A stretch of DNA of 64,000 bases from Bacteroidales bacterium (GTDB taxonomy: Bacteria > Bacteroidota > Bacteroidia > Bacteroidales > UBA932): contig JBGUJZ010000029.1 of assembly GCA_045114175.1 (NCBI GenBank), positions 24,223 through 88,222 of the forward strand, in the 5' to 3' direction. The notes below the pieces were generated by a model. The model saw only the letters and a program-made list of their open reading frames with translations, ran no database searches and was not told the origin of the DNA. A program made the position numbers and the translations under genes. Each line of letters starts with the position of its first letter. The stretch's first letter is position 1. This document shows, piece by piece, positions 9,772 through 18,991 of this stretch.

Positions 9772-11628
9772 TTAGTCGGCTTCGACAACGGTAAAACCGC
9801 ACTTTGACACCAGTTCCGCTATCGGGGCAGCGGCTTCGAATTCAGCCTTGCGGCCGACAGGAACGATAATCTTCCTGTTTGCAGCAGGCGTGTTGACGGC
9901 CGTACTGGCGTTGCAGCAAGAGGTGACGCCATCAACGAAAACCGGCGGTGTAGTGTTCTCGAATACAATGGTTTCGAGCCACTTGCTGTTGCTGAACATC
10001 TGGATGTTCATCTTTGAACTGCCCTCGAAGACAACCTTGTTGAGCAATCCGTTCGAGCGGCAGCAATACGGCGAAATTTCCTCTACATCCGGACCGAAGA
10101 CAATAACTTCTTTCTTATTTTCAGGGTTGTTTTCCATCGTAGCGTCATTCTGCGCAAGGATATAGGTGCCTACTGCCTTCGGGGCATTGTAGTACACCGA
10201 ATCGAGGTAGAAGTTCCAGCGGAACGCCTGGTTGCCGATGGTCGTCACAGTATTGGGGACCGAGAATGTCTTCAGGTGGCAATATCTGAATGCATTTGCG
10301 CCGATTTCCTGAATACCGGTCAGATCAACGGATTCAAGGGCATCACAGTACTGGAATGCGGCTTCGGCAATCGAAAGGATATTGGCCGGGAACTTGATGG
10401 ACTTGATGGTGGTATTCCTGGCTCCGTCGGTAGCGCCCACGACTGCGGGGAAAATGGAGGTAGCATACGCGCTCTGGCTGAGGTCGATATCGACCGGAGC
10501 AGCCTGTGCCTTGACAGCCGTCATGATGGCCTCGAGATCGCTTGCCTGAAGCTCTACATCCTTCGCGATGAAAGAGGTAAAGTTGTCGGAGGCCGTCGGC
10601 AGGGTTGCCGACCATGTGTTGCCACCGTCGATCGAATACGGTTCAGCAGAGGCAGCGATGCGCGTATCGAAGGTGGAGAGGTCGATGTTGACCGGGAGAA
10701 CGGTACCCGGCGTATTGAGCGCCGTGGAGGTGTAATTGATGGTCTTGTTGTAGGTAGCCTTGTCGGTCACCACCTTCAGGCCGACGAATGTGGTGTTGCG
10801 CGGCAGAAGCACACCGAACACTTTGATACCGTTGGCCTGGGTCTTGTCGGCGATGGTGCACTCTTCCTGCAGTTCGGTTTCGATGTAGGAAGCAACAGCA
10901 TTGTACACGGCTTTACCCTGGCCGATCTTCCACTCATAGGTGCCGGAGAGGTGCCAGCTGGAGACGCAAGTGATGGTGATGGACTTGAAGATTTCGTTCG
11001 CATTCATCTGAGGGTGCTTTCCGTAGATGTTGTAACGGAACATGGAGCATGCCCACTGGAGCTGCTTGTCTTCGATGGAGTAGGTGTTGCCGTTCACATT
11101 GAAATCAGCAAGCGAAACCTCCGCAAAGACCGGAGCGTATTCGCCGTTAAGCACGTTGTTGTGGAGTTGTATCTGTTTCTCGGAACCCACGCGGCATACG
11201 ATACGGAAGTCGCTGTTGTAGCGGATCCATGCATGCTCGTTGCAAGGGCAGACAATACCCCTGATATCCTCGGTGGTCCAGGAGCCCAGCGTCACATCGC
11301 CTTCAAAGACGCCTTTCCGGCCGGTAACGGTGGCCAGCGGCTGGGTGCTGTAGGTAGCAGCGTCGCCCGTCTTGCTGCTGGAGTTACCGATCATGACACC
11401 GAGGGTTTCATTGCCCTCCCACAGCAGTTGGGTAGAATCTTCCGGGTTGAAGAGCACGCGGGTCGCAGCATTGTTAAGATTACCCATAACAGTACTGACG
11501 CTCAGGTGAATAGGATTCTCGGCCGACAGTTTCTGATCGTCCGTCATCAGTTCGCATCCTGCAACAAATGTCATTGCAAGGGACAATGCAATAATAGAAT
11601 AAAATCTCGTTTTCATAGTTCCGTTCAT
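9772..11628 (-). CDS. Surface lipoprotein with a fimbrillin-like N-terminal region and C-terminal BspA-type leucine-rich repeats
   Basis: 618 aa. Lipoprotein signal MKTRFYSIIALSLAMTFVAGC; the start may be the internal ATG at 11616. The C-terminal repeats IKFPANILSIAEAAFQYCDALESVDL, IQEIGANAFRYC and VTTIGNQAFRWN match the LRR_5/BspA pattern. Confidence 0.75.
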   Translation of the reverse strand: MNGTMKTRFYSIIALSLAMTFVAGCELMTDDQKLSAENPIHLSVSTVMGNLNNAATRVLFNPEDSTQLLWEGNETLGVMIGNSSSKTGDAATYSTQPLATVTGRKGVFEGDVTLGSWTTEDIRGIVCPCNEHAWIRYNSDFRIVCRVGSEKQIQLHNNVLNGEYAPVFAEVSLADFNVNGNTYSIEDKQLQWACSMFRYNIYGKHPQMNANEIFKSITITCVSSWHLSGTYEWKIGQGKAVYNAVASYIETELQEECTIADKTQANGIKVFGVLLPRNTTFVGLKVVTDKATYNKTINYTSTALNTPGTVLPVNIDLSTFDTRIAASAEPYSIDGGNTWSATLPTASDNFTSFIAKDVELQASDLEAIMTAVKAQAAPVDIDLSQSAYATSIFPAVVGATDGARNTTIKSIKFPANILSIAEAAFQYCDALESVDLTGIQEIGANAFRYCHLKTFSVPNTVTTIGNQAFRWNFYLDSVYYNAPKAVGTYILAQNDATMENNPENKKEVIVFGPDVEEISPYCCRSNGLLNKVVFEGSSKMNIQMFSNSKWLETIVFENTTPPVFVDGVTSCCNASTAVNTPAANRKIIVPVGRKAEFEAAAPIAELVSKCGFTVVEAD

Positions 11629-11630
11629 TT

Positions 11631-11756
11631 TTACCAGTTAACAGGATCCGTCCAGTTCGGAGCGGGAAGCGTCAGCCCGGACGTAGCAAACACCTGCTCC
11701 GTCATCGTCTCGCAAAACTCTGCGAGAGGGGCCACATAGACTTTTTTTGTTTTCAT
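11631..11756 (-). CDS. Possible 41-aa small protein between the FISUMP and LRR genes
   Basis: Absent from the ORF track (<60 aa). Sequence MKTKKVYVAPLAEFCETMTEQVFATSGLTLPAPNWTDPVNW. The ATG lies 11 nt after the upstream stop, and its TAA lies 2 nt before the next ATG. Third-position GC looks coding-like. No homology is known to me. Confidence 0.3.
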   Translation of the reverse strand: MKTKKVYVAPLAEFCETMTEQVFATSGLTLPAPNWTDPVNW

Positions 11757-11767
11757 AAGTATAGAGA

Positions 11768-13498
11768 TTATTGGGATTTGCGAATCAGTCGCAGGTAGGT
11801 GCCGCCGGCGGAAGTCAGCGTGCAGATCATGGAGTTCGGGGCGTTCAGGCGGAGTTGATAAACCAAATGAGATGCTTCATAGGAGTAATCCATGGTCATG
11901 TAGTACAGGACGCTGTTGTACTTGCCCGTGTATCCGCGCTGACGCGTACCGGCAGCGGAGAATCCGGAAACGTTACTTCCGTTGCGCATCAACTTGGGAA
12001 TGATGTCGTTGACCTCTTCCTTGGTGGATGCGTACTCTTTCTGCTTCATGTACGAATAGAGCTGCTGCATGTCGCTCAGGCTCGGGACGGCCCATCCGTT
12101 CGGGGAGATCTTGTCTTCCTTGACGAAGGTGGCCGCCTTGTTGCCGGAAACGTCGATTTCCTGCTGTACCATGCAGGCATAGGTGTAGAGACAGCCTACA
12201 TCGTTGCGGACGCTCTGGGCGGCCGGATCGTTGGCATCGATATAGGTTCCGCCTTCACCTGCGGTCAGGCACATCGGCTTGAGGACCGGAGTGGTGTTCT
12301 TCACCCAATCCTCGACGGAGACGTTGGTCATGATGGGCGTACCGTCTGCGAAGCGGGTGGATTTGAAATTCTCCCGCATCCAGTACTGCGAACCCAGCTT
12401 GAGCACGGTGTATTTGTAAGTCTCGGTCGTTCCGCCGTGGTTGTCGGCAGCGCCCGTGCGGGTTACCGTGACGGTGACCGGATTGCAGACAGCGGTGATG
12501 ACGCCCGTCTCGCCCGGATCGAGCGGAGCAAGGCGCATCTGGGTGGAGCCGGCCGGCATATAGACATTTCCGTCACAAGTTCCCGTCCCGGCCGTATAGT
12601 TCGAGATGAAATCTCCGTCCCATACGACCTGGCCGCCGTTGTTCACCACGAGGCCCTTGCTGTAGTCCACTTCGCCCATCTTCATCGGATAAACGACCGT
12701 GAAGGAGCCCTCCACGATGGTCTTCTTTTCAATATCATCGTACTTGTAGAGGTACTCCTTGCAGATCTCGCCGATCTTCTTGTTGTTGACATTGTCGAAG
12801 ATTTCGTAGACCGGGTAGGTGTTCAGGTTGGTGGAGGTAGGCATCGGGATGATGTACGGCAGTCCGCTCAGCGCAATCTGTTCGATATTGGCCACATCGC
12901 GCATCGCACCGGAGGAGATGGTCACCTTGGTGCGGCGCGTGTCGGTGGTGGATTCGTTGCGCAGGGCCGTAAGCGTCAGGATGCCCTTGTTCACCACAGC
13001 GGCCGTGATCCAGGTACAACCCTCTTCCAGTTCCACCGTGATTTCGGCATCCGGGAGGTTGGTCTTAATGGGGATGTTGTAGTCACCCGCAGCGGCGTCG
13101 ATCTGGTTTTCAGTCTTGACGAAGGCGAGGGTCTTCATGTAGTCCTGCCAGACCGTGACGTTCTGGTTCTTTTCGCCGCAGCTCACATAGATGTAGGACG
13201 AACGCGGAGAACCGGTGGTGTTCTGGCCTACGCTGAGCATCCAGTTGCCGTCCTCATCCTGGTAACAGGTGCACCATTGCTGGTCGCAGGGGGCTGCAAT
13301 CGTGCAATGCGCCCTGGAAATGGCGGTTTCAAGAATCACAGGAACCTGCTGGCGGTTGCCGGTCAGGAGGAACTCCCCGTTAACGAAGGTTCCGTCCGGG
13401 CCGCTCACCGTGAAGTCGCTGGTGATGTTTTCGGGAACGCAGGCAACGCTCAACAACGCTGCCGCCAATAATAGTATCGTTCTTTTCATTGCTTTCAT
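11768..13498 (-). CDS. Surface lipoprotein with BACON-like N-terminal modules and a C-terminal FISUMP (Fibrobacter succinogenes major paralogous) domain
   Basis: 576 aa. Lipoprotein signal MKRTILLLAAALLSVAC. BACON-like segment CTWITAAVVNKGILTLTALRNESTTDTRRTKVTISSG. FISUMP hallmarks: YTVLKLGSQYWMRENF, NGWAVPSLSDMQQLYSYM and SGFSAAGTRQRGYTGKY. Confidence 0.8.
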   Translation of the reverse strand: MKAMKRTILLLAAALLSVACVPENITSDFTVSGPDGTFVNGEFLLTGNRQQVPVILETAISRAHCTIAAPCDQQWCTCYQDEDGNWMLSVGQNTTGSPRSSYIYVSCGEKNQNVTVWQDYMKTLAFVKTENQIDAAAGDYNIPIKTNLPDAEITVELEEGCTWITAAVVNKGILTLTALRNESTTDTRRTKVTISSGAMRDVANIEQIALSGLPYIIPMPTSTNLNTYPVYEIFDNVNNKKIGEICKEYLYKYDDIEKKTIVEGSFTVVYPMKMGEVDYSKGLVVNNGGQVVWDGDFISNYTAGTGTCDGNVYMPAGSTQMRLAPLDPGETGVITAVCNPVTVTVTRTGAADNHGGTTETYKYTVLKLGSQYWMRENFKSTRFADGTPIMTNVSVEDWVKNTTPVLKPMCLTAGEGGTYIDANDPAAQSVRNDVGCLYTYACMVQQEIDVSGNKAATFVKEDKISPNGWAVPSLSDMQQLYSYMKQKEYASTKEEVNDIIPKLMRNGSNVSGFSAAGTRQRGYTGKYNSVLYYMTMDYSYEASHLVYQLRLNAPNSMICTLTSAGGTYLRLIRKSQ

Positions 13499-13504
13499 AA
13501 TCGA

Positions 13505-14209
13505 TTACAAATCAATGATGGGAACCCAGATCGGGGTAGGAAGAATCAGCGGATCCGGGGCCTTGCCGAACATATCCTGGAAGACCACCAGGGTGTCCTT
13601 GAGGTTTTCCGCTTCGATGGCAATCTTGGCAACGCGGTCTTCCGCGATGTCGTTGGCCGCCACGTCGAAACTGATGCGAGAACGGGAAAGTTTCAGGTTT
13701 TGCACCCAGTTCTGGTCGCAGGAACAGGTGATCAGGTTGTCCTTGATGTTGGTCTTGATGAGGGCCACGATAGCGGACTCGCCCATATATTTGACAAAGA
13801 CCGTATCCTGTTCGAAGTCCATGGCAGGAATGTACTCCTGCAGGATATTGATCTTCTGGGCGTTGTCGCCAATCACCACATAGAATAGGGACTCCCGCTC
13901 GCCGCCGGTATTCTCACCGACTTTGACGGTAAAGGTCTCCACGGACTTGGTAAACTTGACCCAATTCTCGTCCAGGCTGCACTTCATGCCCCATGCAAGG
14001 CTGGTGGCGGAAGGAATGACGCGGAACTGGACCGATCCGCCGGCTACCGGGAAGGTAATCAGGCTGTCGGTCGGATTAAACATCGGCGAGTCACACTCCA
14101 GCGTGAAGGAGTTGTCATTGACTATGCGGTTCGGCAGCGGCTGCTGTGAACAGCAGGAGAGTACCAGAACGGCCGAGCAAAATATGAGGGATATAAGTAT
14201 CTTTTTCAT
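13505..14209 (-). CDS. Small surface lipoprotein, BACON-like repeats (SGBP-like position after SusD)
   Basis: I trimmed track ORF 13505..14272 to the ATG at 14209, which begins MKKILISLIFCSAVLVLSCC. Two Ig-like/BACON-like halves (NWVKFTKSVETFTVKVGENTGGERE and NWVQNLKLSRSRISFDVAANDIAEDR). Confidence 0.7.
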   Translation of the reverse strand: MKKILISLIFCSAVLVLSCCSQQPLPNRIVNDNSFTLECDSPMFNPTDSLITFPVAGGSVQFRVIPSATSLAWGMKCSLDENWVKFTKSVETFTVKVGENTGGERESLFYVVIGDNAQKINILQEYIPAMDFEQDTVFVKYMGESAIVALIKTNIKDNLITCSCDQNWVQNLKLSRSRISFDVAANDIAEDRVAKIAIEAENLKDTLVVFQDMFGKAPDPLILPTPIWVPIIDL

Positions 14210-14213
14210 GGCA

Positions 14214-15779
14214 TCATACGTCATCTTCAACACCGGGCTTCCAAGGAGCGTAACCGGGGTTCTGCTGGTCACGGATAGCGGGGTTTGCGTTTAGTTCAGA
14301 CAGCGGAATCGGATAGACGACCCGGTAACTGATTCCAGAAGGATTACCGAAAGAAATCGTAGCGGAACTGCCGATACTCTCAATAATGGGGCGGCCCGTA
14401 ATATTTCGGCCGTTGCGGAAGAAATCCCAGTAGGTGTGACCTTCCAGAATATACTCGCGCCGGCTTTCGTCCAGGATATCATTCACCTTGGAGACCGTAA
14501 CATTGGTCTTACGGCGGGCAATGGTAATGCGGGTCAGATACTCGGAAGCTTCCGTCGTCTTTCCCAACTTGAAATAGGCCTCAGACATCGCCAAGTAGAT
14601 TTCAGGCAAACGGATGACCGTGATATTGTGGAGGAAATGGTACGGAGAACCGATATAGCGCCGGATAGTATTGTAATTCTTTCCGGGAATACCCAGATTG
14701 CAAATCAGGTAGCGACGCACATCGTTCGCATAAGCGCGCATCGTTTCATAGCCGTTGTTGCTATCCCCAAAAGTAAGGCCCAGCTTTGCGTAGCCGATGT
14801 TCGCACTCACCTTGCCGTCCATATCGCTGTCGGGAATATCATACGTCGGGTGACGGACCCAGTAGTTGATGGAGTTACCTCCCAGATTGTCCGCCTCGGT
14901 GAATTTCACTTCCCAGATGGACTCGCTGTTGAAGGGTTTGTAGAACTGGGTCGTATACTGGTCGTAACTGAGCAGTGCATAATTCGATTCGTACTTGTCG
15001 AGCCAGTCGGTACCGGTCTCCACCACGCGGTCGTTCTGCTCCATGTAAAGGAACGTGCGCATCAGTAGGCCCAGCACGGCGGCCGGCCCCACATGTCCCT
15101 CGTCTACCATCCTGTCTTCGAGCAGGTTATAGGATTTCTCGAACTGTTCTACGATATAGTTCCAGCATTCATCGGCCGTTGCACGGCGGATATTGTGGTC
15201 CAGAATGTTGAAACTGACCGTCGCGTCCGGGATGATGGGGACGCCCCATTTGAACTGGCTGTTATACGCCGATCCCCAGGTACAGGAATAACGGGGTGGA
15301 TAGGCATAGAGACGGCACAGGTCGAAATAGCAGAGGCCGCGAAGGGCATATGCCTCCCCCTTGATCTGACGGAGTTCTTCGATATCGCCCGGAACTTCAT
15401 CAATATTGTCAATCAGAAGGGATGTCGCACGGATCGTATTGTAAATCTTTTCCCAGAGGGAACGGGCATTCGCATTGAGGGTCGAACTTTCCGAATAGTG
15501 GCTTTCCACGTAGAAGGCGTAACCTCCGCCTACATTGCGAACGAAGAAATCAGGTCCTTTTGCCGCTTCATACAGATAGAGCAGCCCACCATAGTACGAA
15601 GTGTGCTGAAGGTTGTGATAAGCGCCTGAAAGCAGCATCTTCATACCATCCTGTGTCTTGATCACGGTTTCTCCGGAGAGGGCGCTCATCGACTCTTTGT
15701 CGAGGAAGGTCTTTTCGCATCCCGCCGCCAGAATCAGCACGGCCAGGAGCATCGTAACAGGAGTAAACTTTTTCATCAT
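14214..15779 (-). CDS. SusD/RagB-family lipoprotein (PUL2)
   Basis: 521 aa. Lipoprotein signal MMKKFTPVTMLLAVLILAAGCEKTFLD. ATGA overlap with the upstream SusC stop. Confidence 0.9.
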   Translation of the reverse strand: MMKKFTPVTMLLAVLILAAGCEKTFLDKESMSALSGETVIKTQDGMKMLLSGAYHNLQHTSYYGGLLYLYEAAKGPDFFVRNVGGGYAFYVESHYSESSTLNANARSLWEKIYNTIRATSLLIDNIDEVPGDIEELRQIKGEAYALRGLCYFDLCRLYAYPPRYSCTWGSAYNSQFKWGVPIIPDATVSFNILDHNIRRATADECWNYIVEQFEKSYNLLEDRMVDEGHVGPAAVLGLLMRTFLYMEQNDRVVETGTDWLDKYESNYALLSYDQYTTQFYKPFNSESIWEVKFTEADNLGGNSINYWVRHPTYDIPDSDMDGKVSANIGYAKLGLTFGDSNNGYETMRAYANDVRRYLICNLGIPGKNYNTIRRYIGSPYHFLHNITVIRLPEIYLAMSEAYFKLGKTTEASEYLTRITIARRKTNVTVSKVNDILDESRREYILEGHTYWDFFRNGRNITGRPIIESIGSSATISFGNPSGISYRVVYPIPLSELNANPAIRDQQNPGYAPWKPGVEDDV

Positions 15780-18700
15780 TTGAAACGGATATTAATGCCC
15801 AACGTATAAATGGAAGAGGTCGGATAGAGATCAGCGAAACGGTAACCGGAGATGGACATCTCAGGATCGTAGTCGCCGAAGGGGCCCCAGACGAGCGGAT
15901 TCTCGGCCTGCAGGAATGCAGACAGGTGGTCCATGCCGAGCTTCCCGGCGACTTTCTGCGGGAAGCGGTAGGAAAGCTTGATGTTTTTCAGTTTCAAGTA
16001 GTCTCCTTTCTTCAGGAAGCGGGTGCTTCGGGTCGTGAGGCCTACATTGTTCACACGCAGCGGGTTCTCGGCAAAGATATGGTCGGGCGTCCAGCGGTCG
16101 AACTGGCTGCGGGCAATGGTGTAGTCCGTACCGCCGTCGGTACTGATCAGAGCCGCACCCAGGCGGTCGTAGATATAGTGACCGAGGCCGTAAACGCCGA
16201 GGACATCCAACTGCCATCCCTTGTAGGAAAGCGCCGTGGTAATACCGCCGAGCACCTTGGGAACGCCCTGTTTGTCGTAGGTATAGGGCGACTCGCCGGA
16301 AGAGGTGGTCATGTACTTGTTGCCGTATTCGTCATAAGCATAATACATGCAGAGACCGGTGTCTTCGTCAACTTTCGCATATTCACGCAGATACCAGGTG
16401 TGGACATTGACCCCGTTGGCGATAATCTGACGCTGGTAGCCGTCCAGGTACTCGCTTGTAAGACCGTAGTAAATGGAAGACATCTTGGAGATGTTGAATC
16501 CGAAGTCCCAGTTGAACTCACCTCTTTTGATCAGGTTGGCATTCAAACTGAACTCGATACCGGTATTGCGGATTCCGGCATCGGTATTCATCAACATGGT
16601 CCGGTAACCGGAGGTCATTGAAACCTGGACATCCTGGAGCAGGTTTTCGGAAACGCGCCTGTAATATTCCAGCGTAAGGTCCAGACGGTTTCTGAAGAGC
16701 GTGGCGTCCAAACCTACGTTGAAGACCCGGTTGCCTTCCCAGGTCAGTTCAGGACGGTAACGGTAGTTGGTGATGACGCCCAACTCGTTGTTGTAGCGGA
16801 CGGTGGGGTAACGGTCCTGCCAGTAATAATACTCGGTAGGCAGCGTACCGTTGACGCCGTAGCTGGCTTTGAGTTTCAACTGGCTGATTTCCCTGCGCCA
16901 GGGCCGCATAAAGTTCTCCTTGGCGATGTCGTAACCGCCGGACACGGACCAGAAGTTGCCGGCCCTGTGCTCCGGAGAGAAGAGCGAGGAGTAGTCGCGA
17001 CGGTATGAAGCGCCGAGCAGCAGTTTGGAGCGGTAGGCGTAGTCAGCGCGGGTGATGAGCGAGAAGATGCTGTAGGCATATCCGTCACCCGCATAGCCCG
17101 AGGCGTTGGAGCTGTTGGTCAGATACGGAGACTCGTCGGTACCGAATCCCTGGGCCGTGATGGTCTGGTAACGATACTCCAGGTTCTCCAGTTCGATACC
17201 GGCCGATGCGCTCAGGTGATGGCGCTTCTTTCCCCAGTTCTTGTCGAACTGGAGCATCGTGGAGTTGGAGAGCTTGGTACGCTGGACGTTCCGATCGGTC
17301 AGTTCGCCATTGGCGGAGTAACCTGCGCCGAAACGGCTGTCCAGATAGGTCATTCGACGGAAACCGTAGAAATAGACGGCAGCGCGGGAAGTAAGCTTCA
17401 AATCTTTGGAGAAATTGAGCGCCACATCGCCCACCACGTTCACGTTCAATGCGGGACGGTCGTTCTTGTTCTCATAGGCGCTGGCAATCGGGTTGTTGTT
17501 CGAGTTCAGCAGGTTGTCCGGGAAGAGGAAGTTGTAGGAACCGTCTTCCAGGTACGGAGGCACAACCGGAGGAATCACGTTGGCAGCGTATTGCGGGGAA
17601 CGGTAGAAACCGCCGCCTGCCAGCGGGCCGCTCTGCATCGTGTAGGCCACATAATTGTTGATACCCCAGGTCACGAACTGTTTTGAACCCGAATTCAAAC
17701 GCATACGCAGGGAGTAACGCTGCAACTGGGAGTTGATAATGGTACCCTGCTGGTTAAACACTTCAAGCGAAGAGTAGTAATTGATAGAGTTGCTACCACC
17801 CCGGAATGAAAGGCTGGTCTTGGTGAAAGGAGCCACGCGCGAAACCACCTTGAACCAGTCTGTGGATGGCAGTTTGTCGGCATCTTCACAGAAGAAGTCG
17901 TAATTCCGGTAGCCGCCATTGGCCGTTGGAATCTGGTATTTGATATTGAACTCGTTGCGGGCCAATTGCTGCCATTCGTAGAAGTTCTTTCCTTTGTAGG
18001 TGTAATTGGCCTTGTCGGCATAGAGTTGCTTCAACTCGCGGATGAGGCTGTTGCGGATGGCCAGTGAAGAGGTCTGCGATTCCGCCACCGCCTGCTCGAG
18101 CATGAAGTTCATCTCGCCCTCCACCCATAGCTCCGCATATTCCTGACCGTTGACCAGGTCCGGCTGGCCGGTCATGTAGGAGAAACCGTTGACCGTGGCC
18201 AGACTGATCTGGACCTTCTCGGACTGCATACCTTTCTTGGTGGTAATGACCACCACACCGTTTGCACCACGGGAACCATAGAGCGAAGCGGAAGCCGCAT
18301 CCTTGAGGACCGTCAGCGACGCAATATCGGAGGGGTTCAAGGCATTGAGCGGGTTGGCTGCGGCATAATCGGTACCGGAAACGTTCGTCTGGTCCCAGAC
18401 CACACCATCCACCACGAACAGCGGCTGGTTGGAAGCGTTCATCGAACCGAAGCCGCGGAGAATGATGGAGCCGCTCTCACCGGGCTGACCGGAAGATGTG
18501 GAGAGCGCTCCGGCCACATTTCCACGGAAAGCCTCTTCAAGCGAAGCGATCGCACGGTCTTCCAGTTTCTTGGAGGTAACGGTCACGGCCGAACCGGTAT
18601 ATGACTCTTTGGACATACTGCTGTAGCCTGTGACCACCACCTGGTCCAAGGCCACGGTTTCCTCCTTCATCGTCACATTCACCACGGCACGTCCCTCGAT

Positions 18701-18961
18701 GGGAACCGTGATCGTTTCCATACCCAGGAGAATAAAGTCAAGCTTGGCGGTCTTGGGTGAGGCCACCGTAATGACATAGTCTCCGGAAGCATCCGTCAAA
18801 GCCATGTTCTGCGTACCTGTCTCCAGGACGATAACGCCCACTTGAGCCAGGCCCGAAACATCTTGAACATGACCCTTGACCTTGACCTTGCCCTGCGCCG
18901 AAAGAGTCGGGATAGGCGCCAGAATCAAGAGCAGGAAAGCGAATAATCGGGCTGCTTTCAT
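15776..18961 (-). CDS. SusC-family TonB-dependent transporter (PUL2)
   Basis: 1061 aa. Signal peptide ending LSAQG, a CarbopepD_reg-like domain, a plug (VVVTGYSSMSKESYTGS) and a terminal F (GINIRFK). Confidence 0.92.
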   Translation of the reverse strand: MKAARLFAFLLLILAPIPTLSAQGKVKVKGHVQDVSGLAQVGVIVLETGTQNMALTDASGDYVITVASPKTAKLDFILLGMETITVPIEGRAVVNVTMKEETVALDQVVVTGYSSMSKESYTGSAVTVTSKKLEDRAIASLEEAFRGNVAGALSTSSGQPGESGSIILRGFGSMNASNQPLFVVDGVVWDQTNVSGTDYAAANPLNALNPSDIASLTVLKDAASASLYGSRGANGVVVITTKKGMQSEKVQISLATVNGFSYMTGQPDLVNGQEYAELWVEGEMNFMLEQAVAESQTSSLAIRNSLIRELKQLYADKANYTYKGKNFYEWQQLARNEFNIKYQIPTANGGYRNYDFFCEDADKLPSTDWFKVVSRVAPFTKTSLSFRGGSNSINYYSSLEVFNQQGTIINSQLQRYSLRMRLNSGSKQFVTWGINNYVAYTMQSGPLAGGGFYRSPQYAANVIPPVVPPYLEDGSYNFLFPDNLLNSNNNPIASAYENKNDRPALNVNVVGDVALNFSKDLKLTSRAAVYFYGFRRMTYLDSRFGAGYSANGELTDRNVQRTKLSNSTMLQFDKNWGKKRHHLSASAGIELENLEYRYQTITAQGFGTDESPYLTNSSNASGYAGDGYAYSIFSLITRADYAYRSKLLLGASYRRDYSSLFSPEHRAGNFWSVSGGYDIAKENFMRPWRREISQLKLKASYGVNGTLPTEYYYWQDRYPTVRYNNELGVITNYRYRPELTWEGNRVFNVGLDATLFRNRLDLTLEYYRRVSENLLQDVQVSMTSGYRTMLMNTDAGIRNTGIEFSLNANLIKRGEFNWDFGFNISKMSSIYYGLTSEYLDGYQRQIIANGVNVHTWYLREYAKVDEDTGLCMYYAYDEYGNKYMTTSSGESPYTYDKQGVPKVLGGITTALSYKGWQLDVLGVYGLGHYIYDRLGAALISTDGGTDYTIARSQFDRWTPDHIFAENPLRVNNVGLTTRSTRFLKKGDYLKLKNIKLSYRFPQKVAGKLGMDHLSAFLQAENPLVWGPFGDYDPEMSISGYRFADLYPTSSIYTLGINIRFK

Positions 18962-18991
18962 AGATAATCAGGTTATTGTTATAAAAAGAGA

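Noticed and set aside
10276-13471. + strand ORFs 10276..11739 (487 aa) and 11771..13471 (566 aa)
   Set aside because: They are antisense to the LRR and FISUMP lipoprotein genes, which have clear lipoboxes and domain motifs. The + strand translations are Gly/Arg/Val/His-rich nonsense.
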